From assembly GCA_902388225.1 (NCBI GenBank), contig CABMOR010000001.1, positions 1-35,992 on the forward strand: a stretch of 35,992 nt of DNA, in the 5' to 3' direction. Below, in pieces: positions 17,457-27,913 of this stretch. The notes below the pieces were generated by a model. That model was not told the DNA's origin, searched no databases, and was given only the letters and a program-made list of their open reading frames with translations. The number at the start of each line of letters is the position of its first letter. The stretch's first letter is position 1. The translations under genes were made by a program, and so were the position numbers. The DNA is from an uncultured Oscillospiraceae bacterium. Its GTDB lineage: Bacteria > Bacillota > Clostridia > Oscillospirales > Acutalibacteraceae.

Positions 17457-18047
17457 ATGGCAATTTCCAAAGTGGATTCCATAATGGAAAACATGAATAA
17501 GAGCGCAAAAAAGCAGGCGGAAAACACCGTAAGCGGCGCTGAAAAACGCCTTTCCGACGCTCTCGAAAAGGCTAAAAAGCGATTTGAAGCTGAAACATCA
17601 AACCTAAAGCGTCAGCGTATTTCCGAAATAAATAACGAGTCGGGAATCAAAATATCGGCCGCCGAAAACGAGGCCCGTGCGGGGCTGTTTAAACGGCGTG
17701 AAGAGGTGCGTCTGGAGGTTTTTGAGCAGGCAAAACGGGAAATTGAGAAATTTACCCAAACCGATTCCTATAAACAGCTTCTCATATCCTCTGCCAAGCG
17801 TATAAGAGAGCAGATGGAGGGTCAGTGCGCCGAGCTCATTCTCAGAGAGGCCGACAAAAAATATGCCGCCGAAATCTGTTCTTATCTCGGCAATTCCATA
17901 ACCCTGCACACAGATAATTCCATTGAGCTCGGAGGAATAATCGTCAAGTCGAAAAACGGCGAAATGATGATTGATGATTCTCTTGACCAAAGACTTGCAA
18001 CCCAGCAGAAATGGTTTATGGAAAATTCGGGACTGGTCATTGAATAG
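17457..18047 (+). CDS. atpE: V/A-type ATPase subunit E
   Basis: 196 aa with a long N-terminal charged helix and a C-terminal globular part (IELGGIIVKSKNGEMMIDDSLDQRL). Confidence 0.85.
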   Translation: MAISKVDSIMENMNKSAKKQAENTVSGAEKRLSDALEKAKKRFEAETSNLKRQRISEINNESGIKISAAENEARAGLFKRREEVRLEVFEQAKREIEKFTQTDSYKQLLISSAKRIREQMEGQCAELILREADKKYAAEICSYLGNSITLHTDNSIELGGIIVKSKNGEMMIDDSLDQRLATQQKWFMENSGLVIE

Positions 18048-18068
18048 TCCCCACCGGAGGCGAAAACT

Positions 18069-19832
18069 TTGAATAAAAAGGTTATTTACGGAATAAACGG
18101 CCCGGTCGTCACGGTCAAGGAGACCGAAGGCTTTTCCATGCAGGAAATGGTATATGTGGGAAAGGAACGGCTGGTGGGCGAAGTAATCGGCATAAAGGAC
18201 GACACCACCACCATTCAGGTCTATGAGGTAACCACCGGACTCAAGCCCGGCGAGCCGGTTGTGGCTTCGGGAAGCCCTCTAGCTCTTGTGCTCGGTCCCG
18301 GAATTCTCAGAAATATATTTGACGGCATCGAGCGTCCGCTCCCCGAAATCGAGGAAAAATTCGGTCCCTTTATACAGCGCGGCAACACCACCGCTCCCCT
18401 TAACACCGAGATCGAGTGGGAGGTAACCGTCACCGTAAAGGTGGGGGATTATCTTGAAGAGGGTCAGGTCTATGCCACCTGCCCGGAAACTCCCGCCATA
18501 ACTCATAAAATAATGCTTGCTCCCGGACTTTCGGGAGAGGTTGTATTTGCCGCCGACAACGGCAAATACAAGCTTAACGACAACATCGTCACCATCAAAG
18601 ACAAGCTTGGAAACGAGAAAAAGCTGACCCTTTGTCAGTTCTGGCCTATCCGTCAGCCCCGTCCCACAAAGGAACGGCTTACGGTGGATAAGCCCCTCAT
18701 CACCGGCCAGAGGGTCATCGACACCCTTTTCCCGGTGGCAAAGGGGGGCGCCGCCGCCATCCCCGGCGGATTCGGTACCGGAAAGACCATGACCCAGCAC
18801 CAGCTTGCAAAATGGTGCGACGCCGACATAATCATCTATGTCGGATGCGGCGAGCGCGGAAACGAAATGACCCAGGTTCTTGACGAATTCGGCGGACTTA
18901 TCGATCCGAGAACCGGCAAAGAGCTCAGAGACCGTACGGTGCTTATCGCCAACACCTCCAACATGCCTGTTGCCGCCCGTGAGGCGTCGATATACACCGG
19001 TATAACCCTTGCCGAATATTACCGTGATATGGGATATGATGTGGCCATGATGGCCGACTCGACCTCCCGCTGGGCCGAGGCTCTGCGTGAAATTTCGGGA
19101 CGTCTCGAAGAAATGCCTGCCGAGGAGGGATATCCGGCATATCTTCCCTCCCGTCTTTCGGCATTCTACGAGCGCACCGGAAACTTCAAAACCCTTTCGG
19201 GTCAGGAAGGCTCCATAACTGTTATTGGTGCCGTCTCCCCTCAGGGCTCCGACTTCTCCGAGCCGGTTACCCAAAACACCAAGCGGTTTACCCGCTGTTT
19301 CTGGGCGTTGGACAAAAGTCTTGCATACTCCCGTCACTATCCCGCCATCAACTGGATGGACAGTTATTCCGAATATGGCGGAGACCTTGCCAACTGGTAT
19401 AACACCAATGTCGATCCCCTCTTTATGGAATATCGGGCAAAGATTCTCTCGATACTCCGGGAAGAAAACTCTCTTATGGAAATCGTCAAGCTTATCGGAT
19501 CCGACGTTCTTCCCGATTACCAAAAGCTGATTATGGAGATTGCAAGGGTTATACGTATAGGCTTTTTACAGCAGAACGCCTATCATAAGGACGACACATA
19601 TGTTCCCCTCGAAAAGCAGTTCCTTATGATGAAAACCATTCTTAACCTTAACGAAAAGGCCAAAACCGTCACCGACGCCGGAATTCCCCTGGCCCGTCTG
19701 ACCGAAACAGGCATTTTTGAAAAATTGCTCAAAATGAAGAGCGATATTCCCAACGGCGACACCGTCGCTTTTGATAAACTCAACGACGAAATCGACCGGG
19801 CTGTCGCCATCGCCAGCCGTTCGGTACGCTAA
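18069..19832 (+). CDS. atpA: V/A-type ATPase catalytic subunit A
   Basis: 587 aa with a TTG start. It carries the Walker A motif [18 protein letters not shown], the Walker B region [27 protein letters not shown], and close overall similarity to Enterococcus hirae NtpA as recalled. Confidence 0.95.
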   Translation: MNKKVIYGINGPVVTVKETEGFSMQEMVYVGKERLVGEVIGIKDDTTTIQVYEVTTGLKPGEPVVASGSPLALVLGPGILRNIFDGIERPLPEIEEKFGPFIQRGNTTAPLNTEIEWEVTVTVKVGDYLEEGQVYATCPETPAITHKIMLAPGLSGEVVFAADNGKYKLNDNIVTIKDKLGNEKKLTLCQFWPIRQPRPTKERLTVDKPLITGQRVIDTLFPVAKGGAAAIPGGFGTGKTMTQHQLAKWCDADIIIYVGCGERGNEMTQVLDEFGGLIDPRTGKELRDRTVLIANTSNMPVAAREASIYTGITLAEYYRDMGYDVAMMADSTSRWAEALREISGRLEEMPAEEGYPAYLPSRLSAFYERTGNFKTLSGQEGSITVIGAVSPQGSDFSEPVTQNTKRFTRCFWALDKSLAYSRHYPAINWMDSYSEYGGDLANWYNTNVDPLFMEYRAKILSILREENSLMEIVKLIGSDVLPDYQKLIMEIARVIRIGFLQQNAYHKDDTYVPLEKQFLMMKTILNLNEKAKTVTDAGIPLARLTETGIFEKLLKMKSDIPNGDTVAFDKLNDEIDRAVAIASRSVR

Positions 19833-19852
19833 CAGTAAGGGAGGTCGGTTTT

Positions 19853-21211
19853 TTGATTACCGAACACATTGGACTTAAAGAAATAAGCGGTTCCCTCATT
19901 GCCCTTGAAGGGGTCGAGGGGGTTGCAAACGAAGAAGTGGTAAGAATATATACCGCCTCGGGAGAGGAGCGTGTCGGCCGGGTGGTCGAGCTTGCCGGCG
20001 ACAAGGCCGTTGTGCAGGTTTTTGAGGGCACAACCGGAATATCTCTTAAGGACACACGCCTTATCTTTACCGCACGTCCCATGGAAATGACCCTGGCTCC
20101 CGAAATGCTGGGACGTGTTTTCAGCGGTGCCGGAAAACCCAGGGACGGGCTTGGAGAAATCTATTCCTCCGCCCGCAGAGATGTTAACGGTTCCCCCATA
20201 AATCCCGTTTCCCGTGAATATCCCCGGAACTTTATACAAACAGGAATTTCCTCTATTGACGCCATGTCCACCCTTATCCGCGGACAGAAGCTGCCCATTT
20301 TTTCGGGTGCAGGCATGAAGCACAATGAGCTTGCGGCTCAAATAGTCCGTCAGGCAAAGCTGTCCTCAAAATCGGGGCAGAATGAGGAATTTGCCGTTGT
20401 CTTTGCCGCCATGGGGGTTAAAAACGACGTGGCCGAATATTTCCGCCGTTCCTTCGAGTCGTCGGGGGTTTTAAAAAGGGTGGTTATGTTCTTAAACCTT
20501 TCAAACGACCCCATAATCGAGCGTATTCTGACCCCCAAGCTTGCCCTGACTGCCGCCGAATATCTGGCTTTTGATATGACCGACATGACCGCATATGCCG
20601 AGGCTCTCCGAGAATTCAGCTCGTCAAAGGGTGAAATTCCCAGCCGCCGAGGCTTCCCGGGATATCTTTATTCCGACCTTGCCTCTCTTTATGAGCGTGC
20701 CGGAATGATCAAAGGCAAGAAGGGTTCGGTCACACAGCTTCCCATTCTCACCATGCCAAACGACGACATCACCCATCCCGTCCCCGACCTTACCGGTTAC
20801 ATCACAGAGGGGCAGATTGTGCTCGACCGTTCTCTCGACGCCACCGGGGTTTATCCTCCCGTGGCAGTTCTTCCCTCCCTTTCCCGCCTTATGAAGGACG
20901 GCATCGGAGCTGACATGACAAGGGAAGACCACGCCGCCGTTTCCAATCAGCTTTTTGCCGCATACGCCAGGGTTCAGGACGCCCGTTCTCTGGCTTCGGT
21001 TATCGGTGAAGACGAGCTATCGGAAACGGATAAAATTTATATTGAGTTCGGCAAGCGGTTTGAAAAGGAATTCCTCACCCAGGGTGAGCATGAAAACCGT
21101 TCAATTGACCAGACCCTCGACCTCGGCTGGAAGCTTCTTTCCATGCTGCCGATATCCGAGCTTGACCGCGTCGACGACAAAACATTAAAAGCACACTACG
21201 GAAAACACTGA
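19853..21211 (+). CDS. atpB: V/A-type ATPase subunit B (with apparent 8-aa internal deletion)
   Basis: 452 aa with a TTG start, collinear with E. hirae NtpB (as recalled). The exception is that ...[22 protein letters not shown]... reads ...[14 protein letters not shown]... here (20570-20590). Confidence 0.9.
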   Translation: MITEHIGLKEISGSLIALEGVEGVANEEVVRIYTASGEERVGRVVELAGDKAVVQVFEGTTGISLKDTRLIFTARPMEMTLAPEMLGRVFSGAGKPRDGLGEIYSSARRDVNGSPINPVSREYPRNFIQTGISSIDAMSTLIRGQKLPIFSGAGMKHNELAAQIVRQAKLSSKSGQNEEFAVVFAAMGVKNDVAEYFRRSFESSGVLKRVVMFLNLSNDPIIERILTPKLALTAAEYLAFDMTDMTAYAEALREFSSSKGEIPSRRGFPGYLYSDLASLYERAGMIKGKKGSVTQLPILTMPNDDITHPVPDLTGYITEGQIVLDRSLDATGVYPPVAVLPSLSRLMKDGIGADMTREDHAAVSNQLFAAYARVQDARSLASVIGEDELSETDKIYIEFGKRFEKEFLTQGEHENRSIDQTLDLGWKLLSMLPISELDRVDDKTLKAHYGKH

Positions 21212-21250
21212 AAAAACTTTTAACTTAGTTCAAACCGAAGGAGGCTCTAT

Positions 21251-21865
21251 ATGGCAGCCGCAGTAAGTCCGACAAAAGCCAATTTGATGTCGGCAAAAAA
21301 ATCACTGGCCCTTGCGAAAATCGGTTATAGCCTGCTCGACCGCAAGCGTAATATACTTGTCCGCGAAACTATGGGCCTTATCGATTCGGCAAAGGACATT
21401 CAGGGACAAATCGACCGAAGCTTTCAGGAAGCCTATAAGGCGCTGGAAAATGCCAATATTACCCTTGGGCTGTGTGACGAGCTGGCCTCGGCCATTCCCA
21501 TAGAGAACGGTCTTTCCATAAGTTCAAGAAGCGTAATGGGGGTGGAAATCCCCACTGTTACCCTTGATCCCACCTCTCAAATGAAGAATTATTACGGTTT
21601 TTATTCCACAAATTCGCTTCTTGACGAGGCATATTTCAAATTTGACCGCGTCAAGAAACTAACGGCTCAGCTTCTCGAAATAGAAAACAGCGTCTACCGC
21701 CTGGCCTCGGCCATCAGCAAGACGCAAAAACGTGCCAATGCCCTTAAAAACATTGTCATCCCCCGTTTCAAAAGTCAGGTTTCCACCATTTCCGAATCCC
21801 TTGAAGAAAAGGAGCTTGAGGAGCACTCCCGACTCAAGATGATTAAAAAGCAAAAAGAAGACTAA
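21251..21865 (+). CDS. atpD: V/A-type ATPase subunit D
   Basis: 204 aa. N-terminal PTKANLMSAKKSLALAKIGYSLLDRKRNILVRE and C-terminal QKRANALKNIVIPRF motifs are typical of subunit D. Confidence 0.9.
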   Translation: MAAAVSPTKANLMSAKKSLALAKIGYSLLDRKRNILVRETMGLIDSAKDIQGQIDRSFQEAYKALENANITLGLCDELASAIPIENGLSISSRSVMGVEIPTVTLDPTSQMKNYYGFYSTNSLLDEAYFKFDRVKKLTAQLLEIENSVYRLASAISKTQKRANALKNIVIPRFKSQVSTISESLEEKELEEHSRLKMIKKQKED

Positions 21866-21872
21866 TTTATCC

Positions 21873-21909
21873 AAAACCCGTCCCAAGACATGCGGACGGG
21901 TTTTGTTTT
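21873..21909 (+). terminator. Rho-independent terminator of the V-ATPase operon
   Basis: CCCGTCC (10-nt loop) GGACGGG followed by TTTTGTTTT. Confidence 0.75.
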
Positions 21910-22073
21910 CACACCGATTACTATCTATGACGATGCAATACTCCAAATTTTCTCTGCACAACGGATTTATTTTACATACATCCCGCAAAAACCTTGCTAT
22001 TAGTACTTGATTTCTTCTTTTTGTTGTGATATATTTGTTTTAGTTGTACAGATTTGTTTAGGAGGTATGCATT

Positions 22074-23868
22074 TTGAAAAGAACAATTTCATTTTTTCTG
22101 TCAATTGCCGTTGCTGTAACGGCGGCTTTGACTCCCGGCTCTGTTTTTGCCGAAGACAATACAAAGGATGAGCGATCAATTTCGGTAGCCCGCTGCGAAT
22201 CGATTGCCGAGGGCTGGAGAAATGTTGCTGATTTGCAGTCAACCGTTTCCTTGGACACCGAAAACAAGGCCGAGGGCGACGCAAGCATAAAGCTTGTTTC
22301 GACAATGAGCGAGGCCGGTGCTGACGGCGTTCGCGGAAAATTCTATATACGAACCGGATATATCTACGATTTAAACGATTATTCAAAGCTGACATTCAGC
22401 TTTTATGTCGACCGTTTGATAATGAACGACAACCGGCTTAAAATAGATTTTTCCTCTGCCGACGAGGGTAATGACGGTTACAGCTATGAAGTCAGCATGA
22501 AACTGTGGAAAAAGGGCTGGCACGAGGTTTCGGTCGATCTTTCAAACCTTTCCGAGCCAACGGTTGCCACCGACAAAACCGCTGTCAAGCGAATTTGCTT
22601 TACATGGCTTAACACCAAAAAAAGCGATGATCTCGTTTTTAACATCGATAACCTTAGATTTACATTAAATCCTGAAACCCCTCTCCCCCCTCTTGTTTTC
22701 GGTGATGTTAATTTCAGCGGTCGGGTCACGGTCACCGATGCCCTGCTCGCCCTTCAGGCCGCAGTAGGCAAGATAAATCTCACAACGGTTGAATCTCTTA
22801 TGGCCGATGCCGACGGAGACCAAAACCTTTCGGTTTATGACGCCCTTCTCCTTATCATGAAATCTGTTAAAAAGGAAGTCAGCCTTGACGGTGAAGTTAT
22901 GATGTATTCTTATGTTGACAAATCCCTCGCCACCAAACAGAAGCTTCAATTCGGTGCCGACGGAAAATTTAAAATTCTTGAAATCTCCGATATTCACAAC
23001 AACCGAAACGGCGGAAGGCTCCACGAAGAGACAGGTGCTGCAGTCGCTCAGATGCTGGACGAAATCAAGCCTGACCTTCTCGTGCTCAACGGCGACACGA
23101 TAATGCACAATTTTACCGGCAGCTATGAGCAGCGCATTCAGGATGTAACCGGTATACTTTCCGACTTTAACGATATTTTGGCACAACGCAATGTCTACTG
23201 GCTTGCCACATTCGGTAACCATGACTATCAATGCGGCGTTACCAAGGACGATCAAATGAAAATTTACGAATCTATGAGCCATTGTCTTGCCATTGCCGGC
23301 GAAGTAACCGCCGATCAGAACTGGCCGGCCAACCGTGTGGGTAACTATGTCAGCCAAGTCTATGACAGCACCGGAAAGGAAGTCAAGCTCAATCTTTGGT
23401 GTATCGACTCGGGTATCGGTGTTATCGTCGACCAAACCAACAACATTCCCGGAGACAGTAACGCCTACATTATGCCCGCACAAATCGATTGGTATCAAAA
23501 AACCTCGGCAAGTCTTGAGGCCATGGCGGGGCAAAGCATTCCCGGCATGTTCTTTGCCCATATACCCCTTCAGGAATTTAAAGATGTTTTGGCGGTGCTC
23601 GGGAACAAACACAGGCATGTTTGACGCCATGAAGGAAAGAGGAGATGCTCTCGCCTTCTATGCCGCCCATGACCACACCAATACCTTTTCCGGCAAAATC
23701 GACGGTATCGAGCTTGCATATGACGGTTCCCTCGCCTACGACTCCTACGGCGGATATTATGGAGACGCTCCTAACAAAGCCACTGCCGGCGGACGTCTTA
23801 TAACCGTCGATGAGTCGAATGTCACCGCCTATACCTCGGAATTTGTTCAGTACATTCCAAAGGCGTAA
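22074..23868 (+). pseudogene. Secreted CBM-like / dockerin / metallophosphoesterase protein, frameshifted
   Basis: TTG start 8 nt after GGAGG, with a signal peptide (...GSVFA-EDN). An N-terminal beta-sandwich-like module is followed by a dockerin (GDVNFSGRVTVTDALLALQ...ADADGDQNLSVYDALLLI). Calcineurin-like motifs ISDIHN, LNGDTI, GNHDY and FAHIPL follow in the same frame. The last motif, AAHDHTN, is in the +1 frame (ORF 23335..23868). The shift lies within 23587-23603 (T4 or G3 run). Confidence 0.8.
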
Positions 23869-23888
23869 AATTCAAATTACATTTAGCA

Positions 23889-23920
23889 AAACCGAGCCAA
23901 AAAGGGTTCGGTTTTGTTTT
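23889..23920 (+). terminator. Rho-independent terminator
   Basis: AACCGAGCC aaaaag GGTTCGGTT followed by TTGTTTT. Confidence 0.7.
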
Positions 23921-23953
23921 GCACAAAAACAGATTGACCTAAACAATTTTTTG

Positions 23954-23982
23954 TTGCTTTTTTATGATTATAATGCTATACT
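23954..23982 (+). promoter_or_regulatory. Possible sigma-A promoter for the NSS transporter gene
   Basis: TTGCTT, 17-nt spacer, TATACT. Confidence 0.3.
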
Positions 23983-24066
23983 GCATTAAAAAAGCGTCAT
24001 TCAAAACTGTTGTAGAGATTAAACGGAGCTTTGTTCCGATTTTTGACGCCGAGAAAGGACAAAAAT

Positions 24067-25407
24067 ATGGAGAGAGAAAAGTTAGGTTCCCGTCTTGGAT
24101 TTATACTCCTTTCGGCGGGATGTGCCATCGGCTGCGGCAATGTTTGGAAGTTCCCATGGATGACCGGGCAAAACGGCGGAGGCGGATTTGTTCTTATATA
24201 CATCATCTTCCTTCTGCTTCTCGGACTTCCGGTCATGACCATGGAATTCGCCTTGGGACGAGCCGCCCAGGCAAGCCCGGTCCGCATGTATCAAAAGATT
24301 GAAAAATCGGGCACAAAATGGCATATTCACGGATATATTTCCCTTATTGCCAACGTCTGTCTTATGGCATTTTACACTGTTGTGTCCGGATGGCTGATAT
24401 ATTATTTCTATAAATTTCTCATCGGACAAAACCAAAACATCGGCTTTGAAGCCATGATAACCGACCCGAAGGTCAATGTCATTTTCCTTGCCGTCACCGT
24501 AATTATCGGTTTTTGCACCCTCTGCTTTAAGCTTCAGGGCGGACTTGAGCGTGTCACTAAGTATATGATGATAATCATGCTTGTGCTCATGGCCGTTTTG
24601 GCTGTCCGTTCGGCCACACTACCGGGTGCGGCCGAGGGTTATAAATTTTATCTTATTCCCGATTTTGCCAAAATAACCCCCTCTGTGGTGGTTTCCGCCA
24701 TGAACCAGGCCTTTTTCACCCTTAGCATAGGCATAGGCTCTATGGCCATTTTCGGAAGCTATATCGGCAAGGAGCGGTCGCTCCTCGGAGAGTCGGTCAA
24801 CATCATTGTCCTTGACACCTTTGTGGCCGTCGTTTCCGGGCTGATTATTTTTCCCGCCTGTTACAGCTATAATCTTGAAGTCACGGCAGGTCCTCCCCTT
24901 CTCTTTAATACCATGGCCAGCGTCTTCAATAATATGGGAACTGCCGGAAGATGGTGGGGAGCACTCTTCTTTCTCTTTATGGTTTTTGCCGCTCTTTCGA
25001 CCGTGCTGGCTGTTTTTGAAAACATTTTGGCCTGTGTACGGGAGCTTACCGGCTGGAGCCGACCCAAGGGCTGTCTCGTATGCGGCGGCGTGATTTTTCT
25101 TCTGGCTCTTACCCCCGCTCTCGGTTACAGCGTGCTTCATTTTCAGCCCTTTGCAGAAGGCTCGGCGTGGCTGGACTTCTGGGACTTTCTTGTGAGCACC
25201 AACTTCCTGCCGCTGGGATCTCTTGTAATCGCAGTTTTCTGCTGTAACAAGCAGATGGGCTGGGGTTGGGATAACATGATTGCCGAAGCCAACACCGGCA
25301 AAGGCCTCAAGGTTAAGAATTGGATGAAGCCCATATTCATGTATTTGGTACCCATATGTATTCTGGTCATCTACATCGTCGGTCTCATAAATTTCCCCTG
25401 GAGATAA
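24067..25407 (+). CDS. Sodium-dependent transporter, neurotransmitter:sodium symporter (NSS/SNF) family
   Basis: MEREKLGSRLGFILLSAGCAIGCGNVWKFPWMTGQNGGGGFVLIY...GLPVMTMEFALGR is the hallmark NSS TM1/TM2 signature. About 11-12 TMs. Start moved to ATG 24067. Confidence 0.85.
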   Translation: MEREKLGSRLGFILLSAGCAIGCGNVWKFPWMTGQNGGGGFVLIYIIFLLLLGLPVMTMEFALGRAAQASPVRMYQKIEKSGTKWHIHGYISLIANVCLMAFYTVVSGWLIYYFYKFLIGQNQNIGFEAMITDPKVNVIFLAVTVIIGFCTLCFKLQGGLERVTKYMMIIMLVLMAVLAVRSATLPGAAEGYKFYLIPDFAKITPSVVVSAMNQAFFTLSIGIGSMAIFGSYIGKERSLLGESVNIIVLDTFVAVVSGLIIFPACYSYNLEVTAGPPLLFNTMASVFNNMGTAGRWWGALFFLFMVFAALSTVLAVFENILACVRELTGWSRPKGCLVCGGVIFLLALTPALGYSVLHFQPFAEGSAWLDFWDFLVSTNFLPLGSLVIAVFCCNKQMGWGWDNMIAEANTGKGLKVKNWMKPIFMYLVPICILVIYIVGLINFPWR

Positions 25408-25486
25408 ACCATTTAAAACTAAAAACGCCTTTATTCAATGCTTCTATTCACTCCAAAGTGTGCGGTTTTTTGCAATACAAAAAAGT

Positions 25487-25530
25487 ACCCACAGCAAGGC
25501 TATCGCCTTGCCGTGGGTTTTTTATTTTTT
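25487..25530. terminator. Bidirectional terminator between the NSS transporter gene and phoU
   Basis: ACCCACAGCAAGGC tatc GCCTTGCCGTGGGT flanked by an A-run (5' side) and T-run (3' side). Confidence 0.7.
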
Positions 25531-25653
25531 GACCCGGAGGATAAATTGGAGAAACCCCCAAGGTCGGTAATCCCCGCCGTAAAAACGGCGGAAAAGGCTT
25601 TGTTTTTGCTCTGTCGGGCAGAAATAAACTCTTAAAAAGGCAGGACAGCCATG

Positions 25654-26307
25654 TCACATTTCCACAAAGCCCTTGTGCACTCCGGTAAGGGAGAACTCCA
25701 CCCATTCGGCCACATTAACCGCATGGTCGCCGATACGCTCAAAATATTTTGCTATCATAAGCATATCTATTGCAAATTCTCCGTCGGCCTGGTTCTTGGC
25801 TATCATTCCGATTATATTGTTCTTTATTTTAAGGAACAAATCGTCCACTTTGTCGTCGGCCTGCTGAACCTTTTTGGCAAGCTCAAGGTCTCTTTTTACA
25901 TAGGCCTCGATACTGCTGTCCACCATTTTTATTATGACCTTAGCCATTTCCTTTATATCCTGACATTGGATTGTGCTTCGGCCGTTTAAAAAGAGTATAA
26001 TCTCGGCAATATCGGCCGCCTGATCCCCTATCCTCTCAAGATCGGTTATCATTTTGAGAGCCGCCGAGATCTGACGAAGGTCTCTTGCCACCGGCTGCTG
26101 CTGCAGAAGCATTTTAAGGCAGAGAGATTCAATATCCCGCTCAAGCCGGTCGATCTCGTCATCACCGCCGTGTACCTTTTCTGCCATTTCCATGTTGTTT
26201 TCGCTCAAAGCGGTGGAGGCAAGGGCGATAACCTCCTCGCATTGCATACCCATTTCGGTAAGTCGGTCATTCAGGCTTTTAAGCTGTTTGTCAAATCGGT
26301 TTCTCAT
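25654..26307 (-). CDS. phoU: Phosphate transport system regulator PhoU
   Basis: 217 aa with two PhoU repeats (DDEIDRLERDI... / ERIGDHAVNVAEW). Its ATG overlaps the pstB stop (TAATG). Confidence 0.9.
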   Translation of the reverse strand: MRNRFDKQLKSLNDRLTEMGMQCEEVIALASTALSENNMEMAEKVHGGDDEIDRLERDIESLCLKMLLQQQPVARDLRQISAALKMITDLERIGDQAADIAEIILFLNGRSTIQCQDIKEMAKVIIKMVDSSIEAYVKRDLELAKKVQQADDKVDDLFLKIKNNIIGMIAKNQADGEFAIDMLMIAKYFERIGDHAVNVAEWVEFSLTGVHKGFVEM

Positions 26308-27053
26308 TATCCGAACCTCCCGGTAATATAGTCCTCGGTACGCTTGTCTTCAGGCCGTGAGAACAGCTTTTGGGTACCGTCATATTCTATAAGGTCGCCA
26401 AGCAAAAAGAATGCGGTATAATCCGACACCCTTACCGCCTGCTGCATATTGTGAGTGACGCACACTATGGTATACTGTTTCTTTAGCTCGGTGACCAGAT
26501 CCTCAATTTTGGAGGTGGAAACCGGGTCGAGGGCGCTGGTAGGTTCATCCATAAGAAGCACCTTTGGTTTGACGGCAAGGGCACGGGCGATACAAAGCCT
26601 TTGCTGCTGACCGCCCGAAAGACCCAGCGCCGATTTTTTAAGCCGGTCCTTGACCTCGTCCCAAATGGTCGCCCCTCTAAGCGACTGCTCGACAATTTCA
26701 TCCAGCTCTGATTTTGGCACCCCGTGGGTGCGCGGTCCGTAGGCAATGTTATCATAAATGCTCATGGGGAAGGGATTGGGTTTTTGGAATACCATTCCCA
26801 CATTTTTTCTCAGCTCGTTTACATCCAGAGAAAAAATGTCCTTTTGCTCATATTTTACCTCTCCCTCAACCTTGACTCCGGGAATAAGGTCGTTCATGCG
26901 GTTAAGGGTCTTTAAAAAGGTGGATTTTCCGCATCCCGACGGTCCGATAAGAGCGGTTATGCTGTTTTGCTTAATGTCCATATTGATATTATTAAGAGCC
27001 TGGGACTCGCCGTACCAAAGGCTCAAATTTTTCACGGTAATAATATTGCTCAT
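26307..27053 (-). CDS. pstB: Phosphate ABC transporter ATP-binding protein PstB
   Basis: Walker [10 protein letters not shown], signature [14 protein letters not shown], Walker [12 protein letters not shown]. The C-terminal EDYITGRFG is typical of PstB. Confidence 0.95.
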   Translation of the reverse strand: MSNIITVKNLSLWYGESQALNNINMDIKQNSITALIGPSGCGKSTFLKTLNRMNDLIPGVKVEGEVKYEQKDIFSLDVNELRKNVGMVFQKPNPFPMSIYDNIAYGPRTHGVPKSELDEIVEQSLRGATIWDEVKDRLKKSALGLSGGQQQRLCIARALAVKPKVLLMDEPTSALDPVSTSKIEDLVTELKKQYTIVCVTHNMQQAVRVSDYTAFFLLGDLIEYDGTQKLFSRPEDKRTEDYITGRFG

Positions 27054-27913
27054 TGGCTTCTCCTTTTCTTGAACACTCTCCCGAGGAAATCGGCAAGAAA
27101 ATTTATAATAAGGGTCATCACCATAAGTATGGCCGCAATGGCAAAGGCCACCTCAAACTCTCCCTGCTCCTTGGCGTATACATAGAGAGCCACGGTAAGG
27201 GTACAGCCCGAGCTTGACAAGCCCTTTATAAGACCGTTGAGACTGTGGGCAAAGCCGGCCGTGAAAAGAAGGGCGGCCGATTCGCCCAAAATGCGTCCCA
27301 CCGAAAGAATACAGCCGGTAACCACCCCATCTATACATCCGGGAAGCACCACCGTTCTTATAACCCTCCATTTTCCCGCTCCGAGACCGAAGGCTCCTTC
27401 CCGATAGCTGTCAGGGACGGTTTTCAGACTTTCCTGGGTGGTGCGCATGACGGTGGGAAGATTCATTATTACAAGTGTCATGGCTCCCGCCGCAAGTGAG
27501 GTCTTCATGTCGAGAAATTGGCAAAAGAAGAGCATTCCCACCAGTCCGAAAATTATGGATGGTATGCCCGAAAGGGTTTCGGCGGCATATTCTATTGCTC
27601 CGACAATTCTTTTGTTGGCGGCATATTCGTTCAGGTATACCGCAGCCCCCACTCCAAGGGGCAGAACAACCAGAAGGGTGGCAAGTATTATATAAAGAGT
27701 GTTAAGAATATCGGGCAGTATACCGATATTTCCGCCCAAATAACTGGGCTTTGTGGAAATCAGATTCCATGTCACATGGGGCAGTCCCTTAAAAAGCACA
27801 TATATGATTATAAAGGCTGTAATAATACAGGTAATTCCCGCCGCAAGCCCCATTAAAAACTTCATAAATCCGATATAAAACCTGCGATAAGGGGTAAGTT
27901 CATTCTTTTTCAC
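27050..27913 (-). CDS. pstA: Phosphate ABC transporter permease PstA
   Basis: 287-aa polytopic protein with 4-bp overlaps to both pstC and pstB. Contains [20 protein letters not shown], the PstA-type EAA loop. Confidence 0.9.
   Translation of the reverse strand: MKKNELTPYRRFYIGFMKFLMGLAAGITCIITAFIIIYVLFKGLPHVTWNLISTKPSYLGGNIGILPDILNTLYIILATLLVVLPLGVGAAVYLNEYAANKRIVGAIEYAAETLSGIPSIIFGLVGMLFFCQFLDMKTSLAAGAMTLVIMNLPTVMRTTQESLKTVPDSYREGAFGLGAGKWRVIRTVVLPGCIDGVVTGCILSVGRILGESAALLFTAGFAHSLNGLIKGLSSSGCTLTVALYVYAKEQGEFEVAFAIAAILMVMTLIINFLADFLGRVFKKRRSQ

Noticed and set aside
18279-19523. 414-aa minus-strand ORF
   Set aside because: It is antisense to the highly conserved V-ATPase A subunit gene and is a Gly/Arg-rich shadow frame.
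22665-23630. 321-aa minus-strand ORF
   Set aside because: It is antisense to the dockerin/phosphoesterase gene, whose own frame carries clear signal peptide, dockerin and metallophosphoesterase motifs.
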